From a virus: 64,000 nucleotides of DNA. The notes beneath the pieces were generated by a model. That model ran no database searches. It was not told where the DNA came from and was given only the letters and a program-made list of their open reading frames with translations. Made by a program: the position numbers and the translations under genes. Positions 35,886 to 45,365 of the stretch are shown piece by piece; within the stretch, counting starts at the first letter, position 1, and the number at the start of each line of letters is the position of its first letter. Where the stretch lies: the IMG/VR virus record IMGVR_UViG_3300024327_000544; one strand, given 5' to 3'.

Positions 35886-36406
35886 TTGCCTGTACTTCCA
35901 AAACCACCGTCGCGGTCAGTCTTTTGAGTAGGCTTTTTAGACGTCTCCTCAATTTCGTAATGATTCATTTCGACAAGTTCGCCTTGAGCTACCCTGTCGC
36001 CATTATTTATAACAATTGTTTGAACTTCTGAAAGATTCACACAAGCAATAAACAATGGATCCACGTAATCATAATCGATTACGCCTTCGCAATTAATTAA
36101 GCTCATGCCCTGTTTAATTGCTGTTCCAGATCTAGGGTGTATTCTTACTGAATATCCATTTGGGATATCTAAAATCAATCCTGTTGGAATCAATGCCCTT
36201 TGAAATGGATGAATTGTTATAGAAGAATCTTTTCTTTCTATAAATGTTTTTTTATCTTCATTCCAAACTTTATATCCAACTTCGCGTCTATAGTATGCAT
36301 GTATATCAAAGCATGCTGAGCCTTTTGTGGAAAATTGGGGAATTTGAACATCATCAAATAACTTATGTACTTTCAATTTTAGTGTCGTCACTTTTCTTAT
36401 TTCCAA
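35882..36406 (-). CDS. dut: trimeric dUTPase
   Basis: GSACFDI, PRSG, GVIDYDY, GDRVAQ and RDGGFGSTG motifs. Confidence 0.93.
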   Translation of the reverse strand: MEIRKVTTLKLKVHKLFDDVQIPQFSTKGSACFDIHAYYRREVGYKVWNEDKKTFIERKDSSITIHPFQRALIPTGLILDIPNGYSVRIHPRSGTAIKQGMSLINCEGVIDYDYVDPLFIACVNLSEVQTIVINNGDRVAQGELVEMNHYEIEETSKKPTQKTDRDGGFGSTGK

Positions 36407-36788
36407 TATTATATTTTGCCACTAAATTCCATTCGTCCTTTTCTTTGAACGATATAATCTTTAGTTGATTGATGGGAACAATATTGTCATTAACTTTATC
36501 GTTATCCACAATTTGTACTAAATCCCATTCTGCTAATAGATTAACTATTGTATTACGCCGTGCTGCATCATTATCTGAAAAATTAGATGGTTTCCCATCT
36601 AGCATAAACAACTCTTTAAAATGTACTATGTAATACCGACTTTGTTTATGAAGAATGTGACAACTCTGATATAGAGTCTTATCTTTCTTGGATGCCACAC
36701 CAATTCTTGTTAAAGTCTCTTTTACTTTTAAAAAATCATCAGGTTGTTTCAGCTTGATTTCAACGAGCGCTTCGACCTCTATACTCAT
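36363..36788 (-). CDS. regA: translational repressor RegA
   Basis: DDFLKVKETLTRIGVAS, LYQSCHILHKQ, YIVHFKELF. Confidence 0.96.
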   Translation of the reverse strand: MSIEVEALVEIKLKQPDDFLKVKETLTRIGVASKKDKTLYQSCHILHKQSRYYIVHFKELFMLDGKPSNFSDNDAARRNTIVNLLAEWDLVQIVDNDKVNDNIVPINQLKIISFKEKDEWNLVAKYNIGNKKSDDTKIEST

Positions 36789-37179
36789 TTAACTCCTTCA
36801 ATCCACCTGTAAATAATTTTTGCTTGAGAGTACGTAAGTCCTCATCTGTGAATATATCAACGACTTCCCTAGCTTTTTGCAAGGAGTAACCATAATATTC
36901 AACGATAAGATCTATGGCTTCGTACTTCTCGGCTTTTAACCATCGACCAAATCTGTTCTTGGGTCTAATGATATTTAGCAAATAGTGGTATTGAAGCTTG
37001 TTATCTAGAAACGGTCTTACGTTCATTTCGTTAGCATGAAGCGCCGTATCAGAGGTAAAACTTAATGTTCTATTAATTAAAAAGGGTTTATAATCCCGTT
37101 CTATATGACCATCGGGATCATCTTGTAACAAATCTTTTTTCTTATAGTTTATATCTTTTACAAAATCAAATGGATTCAT
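36760..37179 (-). CDS. 62: clamp loader small subunit (gp62)
   Basis: MNPFDFV, YKPFLINR, ANEMN, LQYHYL; position between 44 and regA. Confidence 0.9.
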   Translation of the reverse strand: MNPFDFVKDINYKKKDLLQDDPDGHIERDYKPFLINRTLSFTSDTALHANEMNVRPFLDNKLQYHYLLNIIRPKNRFGRWLKAEKYEAIDLIVEYYGYSLQKAREVVDIFTDEDLRTLKQKLFTGGLKELNEYRGRSAR

Positions 37180-38114
37180 TGCCATTGTCCTTCAACCATT
37201 ACTTCGATCAAGCATGCGGTTAGATTGATTTGTTGATCTGCTGCGAATGCAGATTTATATTGATAATCAGCCAATAATAAAATAATTGGTGGTAATGTGT
37301 TAGGTGTTAAATGTTCATGTAAATTATCATATAACTGTCTATATATGTTTCTTGGATCTGTATGACTTGAATCATTCACCCATTTACGAACCTTTGTAAA
37401 GTTCTTTTCTTTTAATGCGTTGATAAGAGCAAGAAAGTTAGCATCGCCCAATTGACCGAGAACCCCGCTGTCAATACCACCTGTAGCACTATAACGTTGT
37501 AACTCATTTAATGTCCTTCTAAAATCTGGATAATATCTCATTATTAATTCAACGAGAACCTTTTCATTATAGTTAACATTATTCTCGTCAAGGATTTGCT
37601 TTGTTCTATCTAACATAGATTGAGCAATCGCAGGTGCATCCTTTTTATCTATCTTAAATTCAATTACAGAACATCTAGAATGAATTGGTTCAATAATCCT
37701 ATGTAAATAATTACATGTAAAAATAAAACTACAGTTTTCAGAAAACTGTTCAATAAATCCTCTCAAGGCTGGTTGTGTAGATTGAGGATTTAAATAATCT
37801 GCCTCATCAATTATAACAACTTTTCTACCACCCAGTAATGAAACACTACTACAATAATTTTCTAGTTTGACTCTCAATAAATCAATACCAGATTCTTGAG
37901 AACCATTCACAACAAGATAGTCAGAACCAATCTCCTTACACATTGCTTTCGCAATTGTTGTTTTACCAACACCAGGCCCTCCAGTCAATAATAGATTAGG
38001 AATATTTCCTTTTTCTACAAATGATTGGAATGGATTCTTCAGATGATCAGGAAGAATACAGTCTGCTACCTTTTGAGGTCTATACGCCTCAACCCATAAT
38101 ATATTATCTGTCAT
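37176..38114 (-). CDS. 44: clamp loader AAA+ subunit (gp44)
   Basis: LWVEAYRP, GGPGVGKT, IDEAD, IHSRC, YPDFRR. Confidence 0.96.
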   Translation of the reverse strand: MTDNILWVEAYRPQKVADCILPDHLKNPFQSFVEKGNIPNLLLTGGPGVGKTTIAKAMCKEIGSDYLVVNGSQESGIDLLRVKLENYCSSVSLLGGRKVVIIDEADYLNPQSTQPALRGFIEQFSENCSFIFTCNYLHRIIEPIHSRCSVIEFKIDKKDAPAIAQSMLDRTKQILDENNVNYNEKVLVELIMRYYPDFRRTLNELQRYSATGGIDSGVLGQLGDANFLALINALKEKNFTKVRKWVNDSSHTDPRNIYRQLYDNLHEHLTPNTLPPIILLLADYQYKSAFAADQQINLTACLIEVMVEGQWQ

Positions 38115-38119
38115 AATCC

Positions 38120-38806
38120 TTATACTGTCTGTTCAGTTGCAATCCAATACTCAAGTTTCTTTTCTGTGTTCTTAAAATGTCCAAGACCCTTATTTGATAT
38201 TTTCACATCATAAGTCCCTTTCATCAATTTAAGATTTTCAAGTTTGAAAATCATTTTAAAATTAGAATCAGAATTACCCAAGTCAACTGCATAACTGTCG
38301 ACGGATGTTTTGGAATCAATTGCTTGCAATTTAATCTTTCCATCCTTTGCTATAACAGCAATTTCTGGTAGACTCATAACTGAAGCTGCTCTCATAATAG
38401 AAACGAAATACTTCTCTTCAAGTTTAAATGAAGCTTCCGGTTCTGGCAACTTAATATCTTTTGCAAGAATCTTTTTTTCATTTTCAAACAAAGACATGTT
38501 GGCAAATTGATATTCAGCTATCTGATCTCCAGCTGTATAATTATTTGCATCAACACTTGATTGAACTTTTACAGACTTTTCACTAAAGTCAAACTGTGGC
38601 TCAACGAATAAAGAAAGAACACCCAGAAACTTATTGAGATCATAGATCGCAAAGTCTTGTGGGAACTCTTGTCCGAGTTCTGCTTTTGCCATTACATTTG
38701 TCTGTTCACTAACTGTCTTAATGACTTTACCTTTTTCGATAACCAGGCTTTGATTAATCTCAGCAAAGTTTTTTAAATATTCAACAGTCTCATTATGTAT
38801 AATCAT
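38120..38806 (-). CDS. 45: sliding clamp (gp45)
   Basis: LKNFAEINQSL, FAIYDLNKFL, ENLKLM..TYDV, YWIATE; synteny 45-44-62-regA. Confidence 0.93.
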   Translation of the reverse strand: MIIHNETVEYLKNFAEINQSLVIEKGKVIKTVSEQTNVMAKAELGQEFPQDFAIYDLNKFLGVLSLFVEPQFDFSEKSVKVQSSVDANNYTAGDQIAEYQFANMSLFENEKKILAKDIKLPEPEASFKLEEKYFVSIMRAASVMSLPEIAVIAKDGKIKLQAIDSKTSVDSYAVDLGNSDSNFKMIFKLENLKLMKGTYDVKISNKGLGHFKNTEKKLEYWIATEQTV

Positions 38807-38812
38807 ATTTTC

Positions 38813-39811
38813 CTATAAATGGTTAGGACTTTTTGAATAATCAGGTTTCTCTGACTTCTTATCATCCTTGCGTTTTTTCGACGCGAGCTTTCTACGTTCT
38901 TTTCTATTCATTCCCTCTGCAGACTTTTTCTTTTTTCTGTCTTCTAAGAAAGGTCTATTCTCAGTATCATATCCATGCGCGGCATATTCCAATGCACCCA
39001 TATCTGGTAAGTTACCGGAGAATACATATGTTCCAACATGGGATAATTTCATCCAAGGACATAGAAAAGTTTTGATATCTATCTTATGTGCTAATTGACA
39101 GAACATATAATCTTCTGATAGATAACGATCGGAATTTTCCGATCTACCTTCACCCATCCAATGATCATTATCAATAATAGTATCAAAGAATGCATGAATG
39201 TATCTGGAACCGTCAAAGTGTTCTGAACGGTTATGATCTGGTTTATATCGAAACTTAGGATATTCTTTTGCGAACTTTTCTAATACTTCACGTTGAAGCA
39301 TCATAAACCCAGTTCCTATTTCCAAAGCTTCTACTGGTTCTGATAATGAAATAGTTTGTTGACCTCCTACTGGATTGAAAACAAAATCACCTGTAAATCT
39401 TTCAAGCGTCATTGGATCATCATCAGCTAATCCTTTATCAACAGCATTACGAACCTTCTCCCAAGCAATACACTTCTTAGGATATATACCACCAATGATT
39501 GGTTTCGTTTCATCACATAGCGCTGCTAGTGTAAGAACGTAATTCGGATCGAAACAAATATCTGCATCAATGAACATGAGATGTGTATAACCGGATCTCA
39601 AGAACTCATCAACACAATAATTTCGTGCTCTTGTAATTAAGGATTCGTTGAATAGATAAAAGAATTTTAAATCGATTTGATATTTGGTGGCTGTAGTTGC
39701 TAAGTCACAACAAGCTTTTGTATACATTCCACTACACATTCCACCATACATTGGTGTAGCTACAAAAATCTTTTTCTTTCTTAACTCAGCTATTGGAACT
39801 TCGATCTGCAT
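38813..39811 (-). CDS. GT-A-fold glycosyltransferase-like protein
   Basis: FVATPMYGG, NESLITRARN, HLMFIDAD (DxD), YLSEDYMFC, LSHVG. Confidence 0.7.
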   Translation of the reverse strand: MQIEVPIAELRKKKIFVATPMYGGMCSGMYTKACCDLATTATKYQIDLKFFYLFNESLITRARNYCVDEFLRSGYTHLMFIDADICFDPNYVLTLAALCDETKPIIGGIYPKKCIAWEKVRNAVDKGLADDDPMTLERFTGDFVFNPVGGQQTISLSEPVEALEIGTGFMMLQREVLEKFAKEYPKFRYKPDHNRSEHFDGSRYIHAFFDTIIDNDHWMGEGRSENSDRYLSEDYMFCQLAHKIDIKTFLCPWMKLSHVGTYVFSGNLPDMGALEYAAHGYDTENRPFLEDRKKKKSAEGMNRKERRKLASKKRKDDKKSEKPDYSKSPNHL

Positions 39812-39851
39812 TCACTCCTTTCATATTAAATAAACAGAAAACGTTATCATC

Positions 39852-39887
39852 TATTTATATTATAGGCGATAACGTTTAAAATGTCAA
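39852..39887 (-). promoter_or_regulatory. overlapping sigma70 (TTGACA-N17-TATAAT, 39859-39887) and late (TATAAATA, 39852-39859) promoters
   Basis: Both motifs read directly; flanked by the inverted repeat 39839-39848/39868-39877. Confidence 0.8.
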
Positions 39888-39901
39888 GGACTATTTTATT
39901 T

Positions 39902-41062
39902 TTATTCTTCTTTTGCTTCTTCGGCAGGTTCTTCATCTGTTTCAGGGGTTGCTGCAGGATCTACTTTACTCCATAGATCCATAAAACCATTTTTAGTATC
40001 TTCATCAAAACGATTGATCGAAAATTCGATCGCTTTCATCTTGTCTCTGAATACCATATATGAATTACAAATATTTACCAAACGACGTGTTGAGATAATC
40101 TCATCAATGCCACCGTCATCATAAGTCCTACGAATTACATCGGTCCACTGTACTAAGTGATCAACAAATGTTTCATCTTTGACTTCATAATTTGCGAGGA
40201 TCTTGGTAATAATCTTTTTCTCTGTTGTCGCATTTGGATAATCTTGTTCGAACGTTAATGGGAAACGATCAAGGAAAGCTTCATTAAGAATGTTTGTTCC
40301 AATGAATCTCCCATCCTCAGATCCTTTTCCTTTAGTATTCGCCGTCGCAATAATATTGAATCCAGGTGCTGGTTTAACGAGTCTGTTAATCTTCTTCAAG
40401 AAGATGTCTCCACCTTCAAGCACTGGTTGTAGACACATGATTTTATTTGATGCAAGGTCAATCTCATCAAGAAGAAGAATTGCTCCTCTTTCCATTGCAA
40501 CGATAACAGGTCCATCTTCCCAAACAGTTTCACCATCTTTAAGGGTATAGTGACCAAGTAAATCATCCTCATCAGTTTCAATTGTAATATTGACTCGAAT
40601 TAATTCACGTTTACTTTTTGCTGCTGCTTCGAAAACCTCTTTGGTTTTCCCCATACCAGAAAGACCAGTAATGAATGTTGGAATGAACATTCCGGAATTT
40701 ATGATTCTTACAAGTTCTGTAAAATAACCTGCTTTAACATAATTAGGATCGGGGGAAGGTACGAATGAAACTTCTTCGCTAACCTTTTTAACTGCCGTCT
40801 CATGTTGCACTTCACGTGCATCAATTGCTTTAGGCTTCCGATATTGATCGCCCCACTTTGCTTGTGGCATAATTTGTAATGCTTGTCCATAATTGGCAAT
40901 CGAAAATTGATTTCGGCCAACTCTAAGTTTACTCAAAAAATTCTGATTCGGCTCTTTAAGTCCTGCTTCCTCGGCTACTCTATTTACCTCAGATCTCTCA
41001 AGCACTTTTGAATCTCCATGTACTTTCTTCCAGGCTTCAACTAATTGGTCTCGGTGTGTCAT
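39902..41062 (-). CDS. cobS: MoxR/CobS-like AAA+ ATPase
   Basis: GLSGMGKT, ETDEDDLLG, LLLDEIDL, TANTKGKG, NEAFLDRF, ISTRRL. Confidence 0.88.
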   Translation of the reverse strand: MTHRDQLVEAWKKVHGDSKVLERSEVNRVAEEAGLKEPNQNFLSKLRVGRNQFSIANYGQALQIMPQAKWGDQYRKPKAIDAREVQHETAVKKVSEEVSFVPSPDPNYVKAGYFTELVRIINSGMFIPTFITGLSGMGKTKEVFEAAAKSKRELIRVNITIETDEDDLLGHYTLKDGETVWEDGPVIVAMERGAILLLDEIDLASNKIMCLQPVLEGGDIFLKKINRLVKPAPGFNIIATANTKGKGSEDGRFIGTNILNEAFLDRFPLTFEQDYPNATTEKKIITKILANYEVKDETFVDHLVQWTDVIRRTYDDGGIDEIISTRRLVNICNSYMVFRDKMKAIEFSINRFDEDTKNGFMDLWSKVDPAATPETDEEPAEEAKEE

Positions 41063-41098
41063 AATCTACTCTCTCTAAGTTATTATTCATTATGATAT

Positions 41099-41127
41099 AT
41101 TATACCATAAGTTTGACAAAATGTCAA
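41099..41127 (-). promoter_or_regulatory. consensus sigma70 early promoter (cobS-like gene)
   Basis: TTGACA-N17-TATAAT; the -35 lies in the palindrome TTGACAAAATGTCAA. Confidence 0.85.
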
Positions 41128-41138
41128 CCTTTTTGTTT

Positions 41139-41184
41139 ATCAATGATTTCAACGCGTTCCTTATATCTTGTTGAAATTATTATA
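41139..41184. repeat. ATCAATGA-WWW-CAA inverted-repeat element, copy A (right arm degenerate)
   Basis: ATCAATGATTTCAA-N18-TTGAAATTATTATA. Confidence 0.7.
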
Positions 41185-41197
41185 AAACAAATTTGCA

Positions 41198-43750
41198 TTA
41201 TGCTACCATTTCTGCAAATCGATTAAGCAGAACGCGCTTCTCAAGTTTTCCTTTCTGAAACTTTTTGAATGCACGTGTTATCTGCGCTGTAGTCAACTGC
41301 TTATCGGTATCAAGATCAATCTCATCTTCCGTCTGAACTGACTTGTTTGCTTTAATCACATACAATTCTGAATATCCTAAGTTCGTACTTATAAAAAATC
41401 CGTTCCTATTATAGTCTGATTTTGCATCTGTATATGCATCTTGGCTGAATGATGATCCTGTTTTTATCCTTTGATCTTTTGATCCTATCCTACCAGCCTG
41501 ATCTCCACTAGTACAAAGGAAGAATCCAACAACATTCGAAAATGTTTTATACTTGTAATACTCAAGTGTATTACGTGTTTCACCCCAACTACTTTTACGT
41601 GTCCAATCAAATACTTTTTTTGTTTCGGTATCTACTAACTTATTACGAACAGGATCGCCTCCTATTTGATTCTCAATGTTATAAGATCTAATCTTCCCAT
41701 CTTCCTTGTCCGCTTTCCAATAACTGTGAGCTGAATTTGATTCACCATCTGTTAAAATAATTGTATTAACAATATCTAATCTATTATCTTTTTTGAATCT
41801 ATTTACATTTGGAATACTAAACATGATTGCAGAATTTAATGGTGTTCCACAAAGACGTGATAATGGAAAATTATATCGATTCGATATAGCGCTCCAATCC
41901 CATGTAGATATTTCTTTTTCTTCTCTCATCTTATCCCAAATCATCTCTTGCTTGGTCTCTTTAATTACGCGAAGCTTCTTACCATATACATCTGCTTTTA
42001 TCTTAGCCTGCATTCTTTTTCTTGCTTGATAAGGAGCGTTGTGAAACTCACTATCACATCGAAGTAAAGAAACAACCAACTGTTCTCTCATATCACGAAA
42101 ATCTTTTGCTGACATTTTATCTGAAAAGATCTCCACTAATTGTACCGCTCGGTGATCACCTGCAGATGAAATATTACCAGCTATCTTTTCTTCTAAAGGT
42201 CTCTGTGCCTGTCTCACACTTATATCATGTCCATCTTCATCATAAGCATAATCTATGAAGGCATATACTTCATGTTTGATTGCACACTTTCTACAAAAGT
42301 CTACTAATTGCAACAACTGAATAAATGTTGGAATCATCTTATCATGCATCGATCCTGACCAATCACACAACATATATAATCCGTGATTCTTTCCTTCTGG
42401 AACGATCGTGACTTTCTTGAAAATATTATCTGAATATTTGTATTTGTGAATATCTGTTAAAGATATGATTCCCGAATTAGCAGTCTGTGATCTTTTATAT
42501 TCCGCTGCTTTCTTCTTCATCTCAAATTCTTTTGCGAGATAATTAACAACTGGTTTATTATCCTTATCAACTAATTTCAAATACTCGCGTGCATATTCAA
42601 ATGGAAGTTGTGATTCGGTTTCATATACCTCCGCCTTCTTTTCGATTCTGATCTTATGTTCTTTCATCAACTCTTTGTATGTGACAACCAAACCATTGTT
42701 TTTGATATTCAGTTTCGGTGAATTAAAATATCGAATTTCGATCGCATCTTCATGAACTAATTCTTCTTCATGAGCTCTAAACTCTTTATCAGTAATTGAT
42801 TGAGGTTCAGGTTTATCCCACGTCCAAGGATCTTCATCGTACCATGTATCATCTCCACCTTCTGAACCACCAGCTTGATTTTTTGGAGCAGCTTCTTTTT
42901 GAGATTCATCTTTGGTTTGATCTACAGGTGATTCTCCATCTTCATTTGCTTTCAGTTGTTCTTCTGGACCATCTCCATCTGTTTCAGGACAACTATCAAC
43001 TGGTGCATCACAATCTTCTTTGCTTACCTGATCTTCGTTTTCTGGATTTTCCTTATCTGGATTTGGAGGTACAATATCTTGCATATTGTCATTATCATCC
43101 CATTCACAATCTTCCTCACAATCCGAATCTTCTTCAGTGTCCATTTGCATCTGCATTTCATCGAACTGTTGTAACTGTTCTTCTCGATCTGAACACCAAT
43201 CCCAAAGCTCACCTGTTAATTGCTCTACATCATCCCATGTCTCAAGATTTTCCATCTCGCGAACAAAATACATTTCCTCTTCAGTGAATCTTACTGCTTC
43301 GCGTAATCCACTTTTAAAATGTATATTGAGTTTATCAATCAGAGGAGCTGTATTGATATCTATTTTATATTTCTTGAATCCCATAAAATCGCGTTCATGC
43401 ATCAAAACCTGATAACCTGCATGCATTGCTTTTGCAGCACCATGATATTTGCGTTTGATCAATTTTTCAATTCTGGCATCTTCGACAATATTTAAAAACC
43501 CTTTGTAGTTTGGTCCGAATTCGGAAACCACTTTATGCCAACCTTCTGCTGGCGTATATAAGGCGTGTCCAACCTCATGACAAACGAATAAGTCATAGAC
43601 TTCTCCTTCCATCTCTTTAAGGATTGGAAGAACCAAGGTTCTTGATTTAGGATCAAATCCTGCGGTAGGAACTTTAGCATGACGGACCGTGATATTCTCG
43701 GAAACCATCAACTTAGCTAGGATTGATTTTTGTTCTCGTAGTTCGCTCAT
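41198..43750 (-). CDS. CobT-like protein: N-terminal HExxH metallopeptidase-like domain, acidic linker, C-terminal vWA (MIDAS)
   Basis: CHEVGHALYTP, NIVEDARIE; DWSGSM, GTPLN, LTDGES. Confidence 0.85.
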   Translation of the reverse strand: MSELREQKSILAKLMVSENITVRHAKVPTAGFDPKSRTLVLPILKEMEGEVYDLFVCHEVGHALYTPAEGWHKVVSEFGPNYKGFLNIVEDARIEKLIKRKYHGAAKAMHAGYQVLMHERDFMGFKKYKIDINTAPLIDKLNIHFKSGLREAVRFTEEEMYFVREMENLETWDDVEQLTGELWDWCSDREEQLQQFDEMQMQMDTEEDSDCEEDCEWDDNDNMQDIVPPNPDKENPENEDQVSKEDCDAPVDSCPETDGDGPEEQLKANEDGESPVDQTKDESQKEAAPKNQAGGSEGGDDTWYDEDPWTWDKPEPQSITDKEFRAHEEELVHEDAIEIRYFNSPKLNIKNNGLVVTYKELMKEHKIRIEKKAEVYETESQLPFEYAREYLKLVDKDNKPVVNYLAKEFEMKKKAAEYKRSQTANSGIISLTDIHKYKYSDNIFKKVTIVPEGKNHGLYMLCDWSGSMHDKMIPTFIQLLQLVDFCRKCAIKHEVYAFIDYAYDEDGHDISVRQAQRPLEEKIAGNISSAGDHRAVQLVEIFSDKMSAKDFRDMREQLVVSLLRCDSEFHNAPYQARKRMQAKIKADVYGKKLRVIKETKQEMIWDKMREEKEISTWDWSAISNRYNFPLSRLCGTPLNSAIMFSIPNVNRFKKDNRLDIVNTIILTDGESNSAHSYWKADKEDGKIRSYNIENQIGGDPVRNKLVDTETKKVFDWTRKSSWGETRNTLEYYKYKTFSNVVGFFLCTSGDQAGRIGSKDQRIKTGSSFSQDAYTDAKSDYNRNGFFISTNLGYSELYVIKANKSVQTEDEIDLDTDKQLTTAQITRAFKKFQKGKLEKRVLLNRFAEMVA

Positions 43751-43787
43751 GTTTCTCTCTCGTTCGCGTTTCTTATTCTGTACCTAT

Positions 43788-43816
43788 ATTATATCACAAC
43801 TAGACCAAAATGTCAA
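43788..43816 (-). promoter_or_regulatory. consensus sigma70 early promoter (vWA gene)
   Basis: TTGACA-N17-TATAAT. Confidence 0.85.
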
Positions 43817-43827
43817 CAGAAATGATC

Positions 43828-43874
43828 ATCAATGAATACAATGGGTTAGACCCAATCGCTTTGATATCATTGAT
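43828..43874. repeat. ATCAATGA-WWW-CAA inverted-repeat element, copy B
   Basis: ATCAATGAATACAA-N19-TTGATATCATTGAT. Confidence 0.8.
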
Positions 43875-43926
43875 GTTTTTTTTGAATTTTTTTTGAATAA
43901 AGATATTCTATAAATTATAAAGTAGT

Positions 43927-44835
43927 TTATGCTTCTTTTCCATTTAAAGCTCCGTAAAATTCATTATGTTTTAATAAGTATTGATTTAAAACTTCATGTT
44001 GTTTCTTTTCCCCTAAGTGTCCTTTGTATAGGGCATACTCGTGATATATAATTCTATTGGCATCTTCACGAGACATAGTTTTTGAATAATATTCAACTAA
44101 CCAATCATATATAGTTAATTTCCAATCCACCTGGTTTGTTAAATTTTTACCTGTTAGAAACTCTTCTACGAATATTGGAACTTTATTTTCTACTTCAATT
44201 AAAGCTTGATCAACATGAGTTGGACCGTGCTTATAAGTAGGCACCCACAACATAGAGAAAAAATGTTTAAATAATTTCTTATACATATTTCGACAATTAT
44301 AAAATGTCTCTGCCATCTCATTAAAGTATTCATTATCTATAAGAGCATCTAATATAACTTGAGGTAATTCATTTGCATTTACTTTTGTGCCATCAAGATC
44401 TAATCCCATGCGGCTATCCCAATGGGGTCCTACCTGAACACATTTTCTTTCTACAACATAATTCTTTACAGAAAGACTTTTCATCTTTTGTTGATGTAGA
44501 AAGAAGTTTCCTTTTCTACCTGTGCGGAACCATGAATCTAATGTACCATCATACTTCTTTGATTTTCTTTCTATTGTCAAAGGATACATTTGACGTTGTG
44601 TTGTAAATTGAAGGATCACCATTTCATAATCTTCAACAAGGCAAGTCCTCAAAGCAGCTTCCATATTATTCTGCCCACCTCCTGGCGATGCAAATAGATG
44701 GATCTCATGTTGAGGAAATTTCCTTGCTAATTGACGAGGCCAACCTTTCCAAGCATCAAATCCACCTGATTTATTAAGGAGACCTGATTGGCTTACACCA
44801 GCACTATGAGAGCATCCAATTATTCCAACTTTCAT
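43927..44835 (-). CDS. SGNH/GDSL-like hypothetical protein
   Basis: GIIGCSHSAG...W...LA, PGGGQN; C-terminal GHL. Confidence 0.45.
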   Translation of the reverse strand: MKVGIIGCSHSAGVSQSGLLNKSGGFDAWKGWPRQLARKFPQHEIHLFASPGGGQNNMEAALRTCLVEDYEMVILQFTTQRQMYPLTIERKSKKYDGTLDSWFRTGRKGNFFLHQQKMKSLSVKNYVVERKCVQVGPHWDSRMGLDLDGTKVNANELPQVILDALIDNEYFNEMAETFYNCRNMYKKLFKHFFSMLWVPTYKHGPTHVDQALIEVENKVPIFVEEFLTGKNLTNQVDWKLTIYDWLVEYYSKTMSREDANRIIYHEYALYKGHLGEKKQHEVLNQYLLKHNEFYGALNGKEA

Positions 44836-45292
44836 AATCCTTTATATGTCCATGGTTAAAATTAGTAAAAACTTTTTTATAGTAAGGTAAAGTTTTTAAA
44901 AATTTATTATATTCAATTTCCCAAAATTCATGATTACAATAATATTCCAAAAAAGGTTTCCAATGAAGACTCTTTTTAATTTTTACGTTTTTATTTCTCA
45001 TTAATATTTTACTACCTTGAGGTCCTTCTACTTCAGATAATGTCTTCTTACCTTCAGCATGTTCTCTATCTCTGGGATATATTTTATCTTCATCAAACCC
45101 TATGCTCTTATGAAAATCCTGATATATCAAATATACAGAAATATCAGAACCCCTCTCTTCGAAACATTTGCGAATCAAATGTTCTTGATAATCAAACCCC
45201 AATTCTTTATCATCATACATACCATCAAGATGATGCTGTCTTAACATAAAACTTAATCGTTCTGCAGGTCCGATTAATACTTTTTCAATCAT
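44804..45292 (-). CDS. hypothetical protein
   Basis: 162-aa ORF in the operon. Confidence 0.55.
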   Translation of the reverse strand: MIEKVLIGPAERLSFMLRQHHLDGMYDDKELGFDYQEHLIRKCFEERGSDISVYLIYQDFHKSIGFDEDKIYPRDREHAEGKKTLSEVEGPQGSKILMRNKNVKIKKSLHWKPFLEYYCNHEFWEIEYNKFLKTLPYYKKVFTNFNHGHIKDYESWNNWMLS

Positions 45293-45365
45293 ATATAAAT
45301 GGATCTAAATCTTGTTTCTTTTTACCAAAAATCTTTTCTTTAATTTTAAGAAAGAACAGTAACAC
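45285..45365 (-). CDS. 26-aa DPFIY micro-protein (SxtK/DUF5989-like) not in the ORF track
   Basis: GTG-LLFFLKIKEKIFGKKKQDLDPFIYD*; overlaps the carbamoyltransferase stop and the next ATG. Confidence 0.45.
   Translation of the reverse strand: MLLFFLKIKEKIFGKKKQDLDPFIYD

Noticed and set aside
39902-43750. Phage cobalamin biosynthesis (cobS/cobT)
   Set aside because: There is no cobN or other cob gene; the features fit a generic MoxR-vWA chaperone pair.
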